Positions 1 to 13,330 are shown, numbered from the stretch's first letter. The stretch is DNA of 64,000 nt from Sarea resinae (GCA_026026165.1 JAPEUD010000077.1:1-64000); one strand, 5' to 3'. A program made the numbers and translations. Notes: a model not told the origin generated them from the letters alone.

Positions 1-3000
1 TGGCAGGGCTGGGCGGAATTGGGCTTGCTGGGGGCGGGGGGGGGGGGAGAAGGGAAGGGGATGGGAAATCATCATCGTGATGGCGCGAGCGGATTGGAGT
101 GGAGTCAACTGGGCTGAACAGGTGGGTGGGTGGGGCCCGGGGAAGGCTGGCTGGGCTGCCGGGGCAAAGAATAGAGGGTCCGGGGAGAAGAGAGGGGGGC
201 GAGGGTTCTTTGTTTTGATGGATGGGGACAGGCGTCTTTGTTTTCGTGCCAGACCTACCTAGCCGTGAGGCAGCAAACATGCTTGAATGGAGAGATTGGC
301 ACATGACGTGTGCCTCTGATGGAGACGGATACCGTAGGTACCAGCAGCGGGAATCAATTGATGCATGTAGGAAGGAGAGCACGCAACTTCGTGCTTCGTA
401 CTTTATGCGCGCAAACATACTCTCGCCACACGGGCAGCGAAGGAACGAAATTCTTTGTTTGCTTGCGGGCGGCACGCCCACGCAGACCGACGCTAGGAGC
501 CGGCCGGCCATCATCGTCGTCGTCGCCGCCGTCGTTGTCGTGCGTGAGTTCCGGATGCCGCACGTGGTAAATAGCGGTCAAGAGATGGAATTGTCGGAAA
601 AAGCGTTCCATTGTTAGGTACGCTCGTCCCGAGGTCTGCAATCGAAGGATGAGGTCAGATAGACCGACTCTTCGTCCCCGACGAAACAATCCTTTGTTTA
701 GAACCATCGTGAGTACCTAGAGAGGCAAGCTTCGATCGTTCGTTCGTGTCACCATCGTACTGGAAAACCCGGTTGACGCCAAACAACGCGCGGTAGGGCC
801 TAGTGGTAAACAAGCACCACGGCTCGGCATACTCTAAACGAAAACGAAAAGCAAAATCGATGATCTACTGTACAGCGCACGAAGATAACTCCTGGGCGAG
901 AATATTCATTCTCCGGGATCAGAGCTTCTCTCGTAATGTCATAGCGTACTTCTGAGTACCGTCTGTCTCCGGCGGTTGGACTGGACTCGAATCCCTGGAC
1001 ATCAGGTTATGCGCCAAGGTCCACGAGACCGGGATCGTTGAATTTGGATCTGCCAGCGTACATCACGGAGTATGCTGATTGCAAAGTACAGTGCGAAGAT
1101 ACGATTTGCGGGCCAATAACGACTGCATCACTGCATCTACTCTAGAGACAAGGCGGATCGATCTCCGTTGCTCGAATACTAAGCTCTCCGAGTAAGTCGA
1201 TGCGAGAGGCGCGCGCGTGGCCCCGAAAAACAAAGGTCAAGCAAGTTTGTTTTCGTCGTGGCCTTTACTCCGGAGTCAAAATGTACTCCGGAGTAGGCGG
1301 TCAGAGTGAACCCGGAGACGGGTGTCCCTGGTGTGAGCGGCAAGATCTCTGTTTGCTAGGTGCAATCTGGAGCGGGGCTTGCTGACTTCCTACCTAAGGT
1401 AGGTACCTAACAGTGGGCGGGCGGCGCGCCGCTACCAGGTAAGGCCAGCAGGAATTATTCCGGCACTACAGTACGTTCCGCAGTAACCAGCACCGGGCTG
1501 GGTTTGCTGGCCTTGACTTGCTCCTGAGCAAGCAATCTGTACTCTGTACTTCGTACTATGAGTAAGGTAGTACGATACGATGGCAACGCCGGGGGTGGAT
1601 TCTGTCATCGATCGACTAGGGCCCTGTCGAGTCACTCGTCGAGCACGACATGTCTGAGAGGGCGCAGCGATGACGGATGATTGGCTGGATACAGGAGAGC
1701 GGCAGGGAAAGGGGGGCCAGAGGAAGGGGCATGAGGGCGTGACGACGAAGGATCAATGGTGAAGGGGCAACAACTGACAAGTTGACGCGTGTGTACTCTG
1801 TCGATTGCTTCGGTGGCTCTGAGACCTGAGACCCTGAGGGCCGACGATGAAAGGGCGTGCATTGGCTCGTGTGGGAAGGTCAAGCCGCTAGAAGGGAGTA
1901 GAAGGAGCGAAGTCGGCCGAGGGAGGCATGGGGTTCCTGGGGAGATACTTGGAGTACTCCGTACATGGTGGCCGTCCTTCGTCTTTCGTACTCTGTCATG
2001 CGTCGGCAATGTCGGGGATTGCTGCTGAGCGTTCGGAAGGGGAATAGACCAGATCCGTGGCGGCTGCAAGCACGACACGGGGGGGCAGCGGGGAGGCCAA
2101 TAGGGGGATCCGATCCAAGAAGGGAAGAAGTCTCTCTGACCAGGACAAGGGGCAGCGGAGGAGAAGGGAAGGATGCAGATGGGAAGGCATGAGGGAATAG
2201 GATACTGCGTCCTGCGTCCACGGTCTGTACCTTTTGGAGTATGGAGTACTTCATACAGTCCCTTGTACGAAATCTACAAAGTACGGAGTTACAGTACGGA
2301 GTAGCGTCCTCGTAGAAGACTCGTAGAACAAGCAGAAGGTGTGCAAGCGAGGCCAGGCGAGGGGCCGAGGAGAGCAAGAGGGAAGAGGCGTGCACGCAAG
2401 ACCTGGAGACGTTTCTGGACGCTTTCTGGAAGGGCGCGAGGGGCCCTCGGGCGTTCGAAGGCCCCGGTGTTCCTAGGTCGTTCCTAGTCCCTAGGTGGTC
2501 CCTACCTAGGGTACGGAAGAGGTTGCCCGTCATCCTGCCCAGTCATCTCGCTCGGTCGCCCTTAGTGGCCCTGGTCCTCTTACCTTAGTAGGTACTAGAG
2601 TGCAGCGCGAAGTACTGCGACGCTGCCCGGTACCTTGCTCCAGGGCGATGGGTACATGGAGGTACGAAGTACGTCGTCCTCGACGGGCCCAGCCCAGTTC
2701 GCGTGCAAAGGACGCAGTCGTACTATGTAGGATGTAGGCGATTGACGGTATCATTGGGAGTCTGGGAGTCTGGCCGCCCAAACTACTTCAGTAGAGACCG
2801 AACAGAAGCATCCACTCGACTCATCTCGACTCGACTCGACTCGACTCTAGCTTGGGGCAGGTGGTGAGCAGTAGCAGTCATAGTCAGCTCGTAGTGACAG
2901 CCCAGTCTACGCTGTACTCGACGTACTTCAGTAGTCGCCCTCAACCGCCGTTCCCCGTCACACCCTCCAGTGCCTCGCTCGCAACCGGGAAGCTTCAAAG

Positions 3001-4229
3001 CCCAACTAAGGCGGGCCATATGATGATGATATTACCTGATAATCCACCGCCCGGTACGAGTGAATCAGCCGGTACTTGGTCCATATAGCAATCCGTCGCC
3101 TCCCAACAAGTACTGGCTGCGACGACCTGACGACCTGACCTGCCTGCTAGAGTGCTTAGACTGGGCTGTCTACTCTAACCTACCTGATTGCCTACGGACC
3201 TAGTAGGTACCTACCTATATTACCGTCCCTAACCTAATTGCGGGCCATCTCTCTCTCACACACTCTCTCTCTTCCCTCATCTCATCTCACTTCCTTCGTA
3301 CTCTCTTTCCACTTCGGTAGGGGTCGTGGTACCGCAATAGGCTCGCCTTGTACCTTACCTCGCTTTAGTACCTTTCGATCGACCGGCGCTATCTTCTCTA
3401 ACATCTTTCCCCCATCGTGCGACCCGCCGCCGATGTAATCACCTCGATCACATCCTCGTTGTCGTCTTTCTCCTCCGCCTCTTGCTCATCCTCCACCCGT
3501 GCAGATATCGTCAGTCTGCTCCATCGACCCACTCCGCTGCCCTGCTCACGTCCTTTCCCTTCTTTCTACCAACACATCAACGGTCCTCCTCTTCGCTCTC
3601 CACTGCGCCATTCATCTCTACAAAGTCGCCATCATTCCCACGTCCGCCCTACCCGCTCTACCCGCTGTACATTCCACCCTTTCAACGCGTTTGCCCAAAT
3701 AGTCCGCCATTCGGTCATCTGCCTGTGATCGCCACTGTCCCACCCTCACACACGACGCAAGGCCACTCATTACAACCCGGACGAAAAGTTTCCCTTGACC
3801 ATCTGCCACGTCCCGCCGCACTAAGCCATTTCTTTCAACAGCTGCAGCCCACTGGCCCTCGAGTCCACAGGAAGAGCAATCGTCGGGATCAACGGAGGTC
3901 CACAGTCTCGGGTGCCTGCTTGCATTGACGGGGAACAAACAAAGTAATCGGGGCGTGATCGGAGCGAAGCTAGAACATCCGGTCGCCGAGCAATCGCTGT
4001 ATTTTGCCTAGGATCCATCGAGGACTCTTTCTTGCTGTTCTTCATTCCAGTCTAGCTCTCTCTCCTTGGAGACGTAAATCCCACCAGGAGAATTCGGACA
4101 AGCCAGGGTTCCTGAAGCAATCTGGCGTCGTCATAGTCCCGACTCCTCATCCCCGGCGTCCAAGGGCTGAGCCTCCAGCTTTTTGAGATTCCTGGGGAGA
4201 AAATTCAGGAAGATATCCAGAAGATCGTC

Positions 4230-5294
4230 ATGATTGGCCGAATACGCTGTCCTTACCCAACACCATCGCCTACAGCATCACCTCGTTGCTCGACCGTCTT
4301 CTACGATTGCGACGCGGCGGACGGAGAGGGGAGGATGTCGTTGGAAGGATACGCTCATGGCCGGCCACTGAGTGTGGCTATTCCAGATGGTCCTTACTAT
4401 CCCAGACACCCCACCCTCGCAGAGATACTTGCAAATACGGCACCACCGCCATGGACGCTGAGTGCTTTCATGGCATACCTATCACAAAACCATTGCTTGG
4501 AGACTCTAGAATTCACCATGGATGCCTCACGGTATCGGAAACATTTCAACTCGATGATGGCCAGCGGCCTGACATCAGCCGACAGCGAAGCATGCCAGTA
4601 TGCCAGGATGCTTTGGGAGCGGCTATTGGATACCTATATCACTCCGAACGGACCTCGAGAGGTCAATCTACCTAGTAACGTACGAGACCGGTTGTTAGCA
4701 CTGCGCCATGTCTCGATGCCACCGTCTCCAGATGCCTTGGATCAGGCCGTCAAGATAATCTATGAGCTCATGGATGAATCCGTTCTGGTGCCGTTTCTGA
4801 ACAGCGTCCAAGGTCCTCGTTCGCATAGTGCCACTTGGAATCTCTCGGCAGAGAGCGTGTCTGGTCGAGGAAGCTTTGACGAGAGACGGAGTCATCGAAT
4901 CTCACGGCGCGAATCCCCTCCTCGTGGCCTTGAATTGCTCAATTCGCCATATCAATCATCCAGCAGCTCGCATCATACCCACCACCATCATCGAATGCCA
5001 TCTTCCGGCAGCGCAGCTTTCGGTCGCGGAACACGTCTGTCACCACACAGGAGCAACAGCTCTAGTGGTAGTGGGGACGTGGCAATGGACGATTCGCCTG
5101 TATCTACCTCGTCGCGAGAACCAATGACTCCACCAACCACCCCACCTACCAGTGATGCAGGCGGGAGCCCCAGATCCAGAAGCGATAACACGTGGAAAAA
5201 GATGACGGGGAAATTGGGCTGGAAGAAGAAGTCGGCCGGAGGACTTCGCGACAACCGAGTCCCAGAGTTCGAAGACGAAGGAAACCTTCTTTAG
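4230..5294 (+). CDS. rgsA: RGS-domain regulator of G-protein signalling (RgsA/Rgs2 type), single exon, 354 aa
   Basis: Intact ORF with fungal RGS motifs PTLAEILANTAPPPWTLSAFMAYLSQNHCLETLEF and YITPNGPREVNLPS, a Ser-rich C-terminus and a WKKMTGKLGW tail. Confidence 0.9.
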   Translation: MIGRIRCPYPTPSPTASPRCSTVFYDCDAADGEGRMSLEGYAHGRPLSVAIPDGPYYPRHPTLAEILANTAPPPWTLSAFMAYLSQNHCLETLEFTMDASRYRKHFNSMMASGLTSADSEACQYARMLWERLLDTYITPNGPREVNLPSNVRDRLLALRHVSMPPSPDALDQAVKIIYELMDESVLVPFLNSVQGPRSHSATWNLSAESVSGRGSFDERRSHRISRRESPPRGLELLNSPYQSSSSSHHTHHHHRMPSSGSAAFGRGTRLSPHRSNSSSGSGDVAMDDSPVSTSSREPMTPPTTPPTSDAGGSPRSRSDNTWKKMTGKLGWKKKSAGGLRDNRVPEFEDEGNLL

Positions 5295-6653
5295 TCGGGA
5301 AGAAAGACCGTCTCTTGCGTCTTTTTCGCATCGTCTTTGGTGCGAATAGGACACAAGAGCAACGATGGTACGATTTACTTCATGGAACGGATTCTTTACC
5401 ACATTGGACATCAACTTTGAATTCTCTTTGTTTCTCCCAAAATGGGGTACTTTTTTGAGGGTGTCGGAATTCAACTCGGGTTTCCGTTCGATTTCGAACG
5501 TCACTATAATCAGCATTGTCGGCGCGGCGAGGCCTTTCTGTTACGAAGGCGTTCGCTCGGTTTTTATGGGCGGGCGTTTGTTACGAGTCGCGCTCTTCTC
5601 TCGGCCAGGAACAGCTTTGGGCCGAGAATTATCCACATACATTGGCGCGGCGTTATCATTGGGTGTTTTTGACATTCGAATGATATCTAATGATGGGCAT
5701 TGGCATGGGCATTGGCATCTACGGGCATATTTCCTTTTCTCTGGTCCTAACCTCTCGTGTCTGAATATGGAAGTGGACCTCAGAGGTTGGACTTCTAGGG
5801 GCTCCGTGCAGGAAAAGCCTGGATCACACCTACATACCTACATACCGACCTTACCCACCTATCTATCTAATCTCGAATCTTTCCTCTCCTTTACAAAACG
5901 AGCTGTTTGGCACGCCGGTTTGGTACGCGTTACCTTGGCTCAGACAGTCGGCTCAGCATTGAATGTACATATAATACTAGCTACTATAACACATGGCCCG
6001 GTGATTCAAATGGCACGGAATGCCGCTTTCAAAACTCTCGTCTATCGCTATGCCTCACCTAGGGCCCTCTGCTTGCAAGTATACACTGGACCATCTGCCT
6101 GTTGCCCCGCAGCCTTCCCTTAGTGTTGACATTAGACTTCCCGCCCTTTTATGCCCTACTCGAATGCTATCGACCGTCTTACCTTGACTATCACGATCTC
6201 GTGACCGCTCCGGCGATGATTCTGATTCCTTAGGCTGAAGTCTATCGGTCTCGGCGCTAAGAACGAAAGCTTACCTTAGGCTTGAGCGAGAGCTGACAGA
6301 TAGAGTAGAGGTCGGATTCGAAATCTGGACTGCGATGGTATCTGTTATCTGTCGATTGATCGAACCTTGGCATCGTTCTCCATCTCTGACAGCCCGACAG
6401 GTATCCGCCGAGTAGGTAGCTCGAGCGATGGCGTCATTGCCGTCGCTCGTCGGAGGTATTGCCGCCTATCCTATCCTTATCGATAAGCATCTGGAGCGAA
6501 GCCTCACCACCATCATCCGACGCGAACAAGCGCCTCCACTTCCGACATCGCCTACGCCTGCTCTCATCTCGAACGCACATCGAGCGCGTCGAACCAAGAC
6601 AGCTGGTCCTCACTCAAGACGTGGGGGCCTTTGCTTCTTCACGACTCGACATC

Positions 6654-7422
6654 ATGGCACTACCGAACATCTGGCACTCTCGTCGCGTGGCCGACACCTC
6701 GGCAAAGTCGTGCTATATCTGCTACAAGCCGACCACTGGCGTTCTCATCACGCCGGACAACAAGGTCTGTTCCGTTGGCCGGTCAACGTTTCTCTGATAC
6801 GTTTGCTGACTCGGAAATGTAGGACTTCTTCTACGTCTGTCATGGCCATCTGAAAGATCGCGGGTTCTGCTCTCCCATCATCAACGAAGCAGAGGAGGCT
6901 GCCAAGAAGAGAAAGCTAGAGCTGGAACGGGAAGTTGAGCGAGTGAAGAAAGAATACGAGGAAAAGCAGAAGAAGAAGAAGGACAAGAAAGACAAGGACA
7001 AGGACAAGGAAAAGGAAAAGGAAAAAGATGAAAAGGAGGATGGAAAGGAAAAGGATGAAGACAAGAGCGAGAAGGTGGCTGCCAAAGACGAGGTGCCTAG
7101 ACGAACTTCCTGCCAGACTTCGGCCAGCTGACATGCGGGACACAGGGCAAGTCGAGTCCTACGCCCGAGGCCGACGTCGCCGGACAACCCCGAATCTATT
7201 CTCTTCACAAGTACGTGCTCACATCATCAAGATGAGATGCTTCGTATGGCCGATGCGAAGATGGCGCTCGAGGCCCTGGAACTGCAGATGGACTGACATT
7301 TACGTAGGAATTTTTACCAGATGCGGCTCGACCGTATCCGGAATGCGGAATTGGCGAAGAGAAACCGTGAGCTCTTGAAGAATCCAATGACATTCCCGTC
7401 TGTACCCAAAGGAGACCTGTGA
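6654..7422 (+). CDS. VFA1: Vps4-associated protein 1 (Vfa1/DUF1742 family); exons 6654-6764, 6823-7092, 7146-7210, 7308-7422
   Basis: Spliced reading gives MALPNIWHSRRVA..KSCYICYKPTTGVLITPDNK|DFFYVCHGHLKDRGFCSP, a K/D/E-rich middle and ..HKNFYQMRLDR..FPSVPKGDL*. All introns are GT-AG with CTGAC branch sites and the phases are consistent. Confidence 0.88.
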
Positions 7423-8379
7423 TGTCGGACCCGATAGTGCAAGCTGCATTGCGTATATGCAGCGGCAGCATACACGAGAGAGTGTGTGGTATCCAGACAC
7501 GTTCCCGGATGGTCCGAGCCCTTGAATTATAAAGTCGCGTCTGAATCAGCATGTTCGAGCTCCATCGATCGGCAGATGAGGCACAGTAGTCGTGAGGAGA
7601 TCCTAGCGGACCATATGAGGCAGGTAGGCAGGCAGGCAGGCAGCAGGGGTCTTTCCAAAGCGGGTTCTCGGCTTCGGTAGCAAGACGAGCGAAGTCTTAC
7701 GGCTTAGTGAAGTCCGTTCCGGACCCGCGAATTCGACGGACTACGCCCTCCTCGGGTGTACTTTGCAAAGCTGGTCTGTATGCAATTCTCGGCATGCGGT
7801 GTTGGGGCGCCCACTGTCGGGCTTGGGCTTGGGCTTGCTGCTGACTGCATGGGCGCAAGCGACCGCGACCTGCCAGATGAAGATGATGCCGTGTCCCCAA
7901 GAAAGGTGGAAGGGCTCGTTGTCGTATACGATAGAGATGTCTCCATGAACCGCGCGGCCACGACGGCGTTTTACCGTGATTATTCTAGAGCCTGCATTCA
8001 TACATCCATCGATGCATACTTCCATACATCCCTTACTATACCAATTTCATGAACAATCATCCACTCTCTGTTTTTTTCCCGATCCTTTGTTTTTTTTACG
8101 TCAAATCGCTCGCGCTTGTGCTGTCGCTAAGCCCATAGACATGGACAACGACAACGACAACGAACGCCAACGGGCGACAACGGGCGACAACGGGCGACAA
8201 CAATAAGACTTCATCTGATGTAAGCCCCTCCACACCACACCACACCACCCCTCCCCCTCTCCCCCGGAGTTCTCATGCTTTTATCCTTCCCCTTCTCCTC
8301 GCCCTCACTCTCACTCCCACTCCCACTCTTACCACTACCCTCACGGCGGCGCGGCGGCGCTATCGACTACCAGCGTCTT

Positions 8380-9560
8380 ATAAGGCTAACATACAAAGTA
8401 TACAATACAAAGCATACAAAGCATACACACACACGCATATATACCCACATGTATCAGCGCAATAAAGGTAGGCCACATAGGTAGCTATTCCTGTAGCCTT
8501 TACACCTAACTCACCTAACTCACCTAACTCACCTAATGTACTCCATTATCTTCCTAGGTAGCTAACCTCACTACATTCCTGCTATCACTACAATTACCTT
8601 CTCTACCCTAGCCCTACCCTAGCTAAACTTTACTAGGTACATAGAACATGAATATTAAACACATTATACTAGCGATTGAAAAAAGTGCAGGCAGGTAGGT
8701 AGGTAGGCAGAGGCTACCTTGGCTAGCTACCTAGATGACTATAAGTTTCTCTGTGTATAGATAGATAGATGTATTTTGGTTCTTAGGTAGGAGAGAGTAG
8801 GAGAGAGTAAGAGAGGATAGGAGAGGAAGAGAGTAAGAGGGTAAGAGAGTTAGAGAGTAGAAGAGTGAGAGAGTAAGGTATTGCTGTACTATACTATACT
8901 ATATTACCACCAAGTATACTACTATAGTCTGTGATTATAGTATAGCTAATAAGCTCATAGCCTGAAATAAGAGAGAGAGGTCAATAGAGAGAGAAAGAGT
9001 ATATATATAAACCCTAGACACCTATCCTTCTCTTATCTACTTACCTATCTATCTACCTACCTTACCTATCTACCTTATCTATTTCACTTGCTTTACCTAC
9101 CTACCTACCTACCTACCTACCTACCTGAAAAAAACCTAGAGGCTAAAACCCGACTTTCTAAATAAACTATCATGTCTTTAATGTCTTTGATTTTAGAATT
9201 TTAGAATTTTAGAATTTTAGAATTTCGGAATTCTAGAAACTCGACTGTAGAACTCCTTCTTGTCTCTTCTATTCTCTCTAGGCTCTGTATATCTATCTAT
9301 CTAGTCTGTCTATTTCTTAGTCTACCTCTCTCTCTCTCTCTCCTCTCCTTTCTCTTGCTGACTAGGAGCTAGTAAGCTAGACACAATAACATGATCTTGA
9401 TTGTAATAATAAAGATAATAAAGACAATGAGATTGATAATGATGATAATCGTCATGATACTAATACTGAGAGGGAAAAGGCAGAGCTGGAATTTTAGGCA
9501 AATGCTAATCATGGCCATGATCTGATGATACGACGATAACGATAACGATAACGATAACAA
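8380..9560. repeat. AT/TpA-rich compound microsatellite island (RIP-like)
   Basis: (CACCTAACT)x4 near 8503, GAGAGTAG/A units 8790-8878, (CTAC)n 9095-9126, (TTTTAGAA)x4 from 9191 and (GATAAC)n near 9535; CpG nearly absent by eye. Confidence 0.8.
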
Positions 9561-9679
9561 TGATGATGGTGATAATGCAGAGTCCAAACGCCAAGCGCGA
9601 CGCCAGAACCGCAGAAACAAAACAAAAAGCCAGAACCAGAACCCAAGACCAATTCTAACCAGGAGAAAAAAAAAACGCT

Positions 9680-12062
9680 TCAAGACTCCTCATGCACTTC
9701 GTCAATGACATGACCCCTAACATCTCCTCCCCGTTCACCTCCACCTCCAGACGAGCCAGGCGGCGCCAAAATTCCTCCTCCGCCACCCCCGTCTCCGTCA
9801 CCGCCGGATCCTCTCCGCTTGCCTTCACCACCACTGTTGATCCGCTCAGGCGGTGGCTCATCCTTCATGCACGCATTTTCCAGCATATTCGTCCACTTCC
9901 CACTCGTCCCCGCATGACTGTGCTTCAAATGCTGTCGGAAATGGTCGGCACGGAAAAACTTCTTACTCTGGTTGCATTCGCCAAACTTGTGCACCGATGT
10001 CAGGTGTTCCACGCGAACGTCCCAGTTGGCGGGAGCGGCAAACTCATCACCGCAGTAGCCGCAGACGTCCGCGGCCGCTGGGTTGGACGAAGACGGGTGA
10101 AACGCGGCGTCCACGCCAGAGAGCGCCGCACAGGACCAGGAATGGCGGCGGAGATGGAGTGAGTTTTGATGCCGCTCGGCTTCGTTCTTGTTCTTGAAAC
10201 GATTATGACAGTACTGGCAAGTGTATTGCTTTTCCATTTCGTGGAGGCTGTATAATTTTAGTGTCATGTCAACTAAACGGATAGCATCCACTTACGCCTT
10301 TTCCTCTTGGCTGTCGAAACGCTTCGGTTTCTTGGGACAGCACTCGCAGATGAACAACCCCTGTAATCGTGGGGCGCTGTGGTGCTTCGCGTGACAGAGC
10401 GAATCGTTCGACATCTTAATTTCCGACGGATGCTTACTTTCAGAAAGAGTCCGCTGATGTCTGGCGTGGGACAGAGAACTTCGTGGACTCGGATTTAACG
10501 AGCTAGCTGCTGCGTAAGGCAAATCATGTCCAAGATCCATTTCGGATGACGGTGAAATCCCCCCCGGAGAGAGGCGGTCGAAGGAGGAAATGCTAGTGAT
10601 ACTGCTGGCAGCTACCGAGAGACCTGCAGAGGAAGCATACGAGCTATTTCTCGCTCCAATCGAGGAGTTAGATGAAATCGACCCATGTCCCGGAGGAAAC
10701 CTCAGCACTGGGGAGTCTCTGCTTGCTAGCAGATGTCCCGAGGATCTTTGACTATAAGGATCACCAACACTACCCATGCTCACGATCGAAGATCTTTCTT
10801 CTCGAGCAGGTTCACGATTGGGCGATGACCCTCGTCTTCGCTTCATCCCAGCTTTGGATGAAGGTGATCGCCCTTCTGAACCCGGGGGCGTCAGATCCCT
10901 TAGGTTCAGATGCTTCATGGCAGCCTCTTCCGGGAAATCCTGGTCACTTTCCATATATGTACTTTGGTCGTAGCTTCCCCTATTAGAGCGGCTGGTCAAA
11001 CTCGAGGCGTCGTCGCTATGACTGAATATCGAACTGCAGCCGGACCATCCACTCTCACTATTGCGGAGCCGAGAAAAACGGTCCGAGTCATTGCTACTTG
11101 GTAACCCAGAACCCCGAGCATCCATGTATGACTGTGGAGGGAATGCTGACGGTGCAATGCCAGGTGACACGGCGGCAGATTTCGAGCCGTTTGACCATTG
11201 GTAAAGCGCGTTATCCGCAGCAGAGACAGCGGTGCCATCAGGCAAAGAGTGCGTCCTCAATTGGCCACACTGGTTACCAGACGCGAGCTGTGGGTATGAG
11301 TTCGGAGAGTCCGGCCTTGCCAGATTGCCCAAATTAGAGGGCCGGAAAGTTCGCGGAGGAGTATTCGGATTTCCAATCTTTGAAAGGAGCTGCTTGTCGT
11401 ATTCTTGGGAGGATTTTTTGAGCGTCTGCTGTTCCAACTGTTTGGGACCTTGAAGGCTGTAGACGCACGAATTAGCTGGTTCCGGCAAGTGAAGACGAGT
11501 TCAGAGTTCTTGAAGCAGTCGAAAAGTATCCGGTGGCCAGGGTTACGTCGTGAAAGAGCGATGGTGTATTTTCAAGTAAACTATTTGACCAAAAAAAGAC
11601 TTACCCAGGGTTTGTGAAGCCTTGACCTTTTTCACTGTATCGTCCCATGCCTGAACTGGAGGATATTGATGCGGGTGATGCCAAAGGTTCCACTTTGTTC
11701 CCTCGAAAGAATGCTTGCTCTTGACTCGCACCTTGCCTTTCCCTTTGTCTACGACCGCCATGAAGACTCGAGAGCGGGTGAACCGACCCCGATCCGCTTC
11801 GACCGAAGGATCCATCGTGTCCAGCATTGCCCCATTGCCACCCTGGATCCTCGCCCTGTGCGAGACTTTCTATGAATTGTGGAGGAGGTAAGGCTGGTGG
11901 GGCGGCTTCTCTGGCGTTCGGGATAGACATGGGGCGAGGCGCGGCCGAGAGGGAGTGGGAAGAAGCATACGACGGGTGACTCGGGGACCGGTAGGGCTCG
12001 TGAGGGGAGTTGAAGTCGTAAATTCGAATGGAAGGCGTCGTCGACGAGTGTGGAATGTCCAT
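9680..12062 (-). CDS. C2H2 zinc-finger transcription factor; exons 12062-11605, 11456-10296, 10247-9680
   Basis: Three ORF pieces join in phase through GTAAG..CAG introns. The C-terminal region has CECCPKKPKRF..H, CQYCHNRFKNKNEAERHQNSLH, CGYCG..H and FFRADHFRQHLKHSH fingers after a long Ser/Pro-rich N-terminus. Confidence 0.9.
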
Positions 12063-13295
12063 GGCGACTTCGGATTGCCACCACCGGAGCCAAAAGGGAT
12101 TCAGAGATGCCCTGCTTCCTGATCAACGGTCCAGGGTGCCAAAAGTGGCGATCCGGTAATTCGAGCGGTCAAGTCGGTGGATTGCCGGTCAGAGATGAGA
12201 CTTTGGGCAGGCGAGGAACGAATACGGTGCTCTAGGCCGAGTCGACGCTTGACGCTCGGGCAAGAGATCGGACTAGCAGTTTGAAACCATCGGCAATGGT
12301 CCTGGAGGTGTTGACGCCGTTGAGAGATCGTGATAATACTGTACTGAAACGGGGGGGGGAGGGGTCAGCGACTGGCCAGCAATGGGCGGCTCGACGGCAC
12401 GATCCCAGCCCTATCATAAGATAGCTTGCATACCGATTTTATCAAGAGAGTACCGAACAGAACGAGCAGGGTCCGCGATGGCCTGGTCAAGAAGAAGAAG
12501 GATGCACAGCCACTTGCCCTCCCGATACTAGTCTCAGATGACGAGTACGATTCGAGATGGATGCATCGACCGTCATTCTTTTGTATCGAGTCAAGAGGTG
12601 AGTGTGTGTGATTTCTTTCGCCCTTGGCGACCACGAGCAGCAGGGGGCCCTGGATACCTCTAGAGTAGGAGCAGCCGGAGCAGCAGCAGCAGCAGCAGCA
12701 GCGATAGCGCCCGAAGATCATCACCCACTCACAAAGCGGTATAAAAGAGAGAAAAGACACCAGAGGCGATGGAGGAGTACTCATCAGAGTGGAGAGTCAG
12801 GTAAGGTATGCAGGGTATGTAGGGTATGGAAGTAGGGATCACGTCAAAGACCTACTCATAGTACTATGTACTTACTTCATACTCTGAGGAGAGTAGGTAG
12901 GTACGCAGCACTCCTAGTATATTCGTCCTACTACGTAGTACTCACTCGACTCCGTACCTACCGAGGCCATTGGCATACTCCGTACAGTCCGCAGTCCGCA
13001 GTAGACTACTGAAGTATTCTGTGCTCTCGGCGGGTCCCCTCCATACCCTGCCCTATGCGTCCGGAGTAGGGAGTACAGTCCTCGAGTACGTACTGAAGTA
13101 CTCCGAGTATCCCTTTGCCTGCGCTTGGGTGCGTCTGTGGGGAGGAGTGGGTGCGGCGGGACATCTGCGTCGAACGCTACTAGTACATAGTACTATGAGT
13201 ACTATGAGGCAGAGTACTATGAGTACGTCGTACTCCGTAGTTGGGGGTGGTCACTACCGCAGTACTACTGTAAGGTAGGTAGGGATGGATGCCCT

Positions 13296-13330
13296 GGGAT
13301 GGGATGGGATGGGATGGGATGGGATGGGAT
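13296..13330. repeat. (GGGAT)7 pentanucleotide microsatellite
   Basis: Seven perfect copies read directly; the G3 runs could form a G-quadruplex. Confidence 0.9.

Noticed and set aside
980..1020. Minus-strand GATTCGAGTCC B-box-like word with a TGGCGCA upstream
   Set aside because: The flanks do not fold into acceptor, D or anticodon stems, so it is not supportable as a tRNA.
5365..6123. 252-aa ORF downstream of the RGS gene
   Set aside because: No recognisable motifs and UTR-like composition; probably a chance ORF.
8503..8537. CCTAAC-containing repeat resembling telomere sequence
   Set aside because: The unit is the 9-mer CACCTAACT, not CCCTAA, and it is one of many SSRs in the island.
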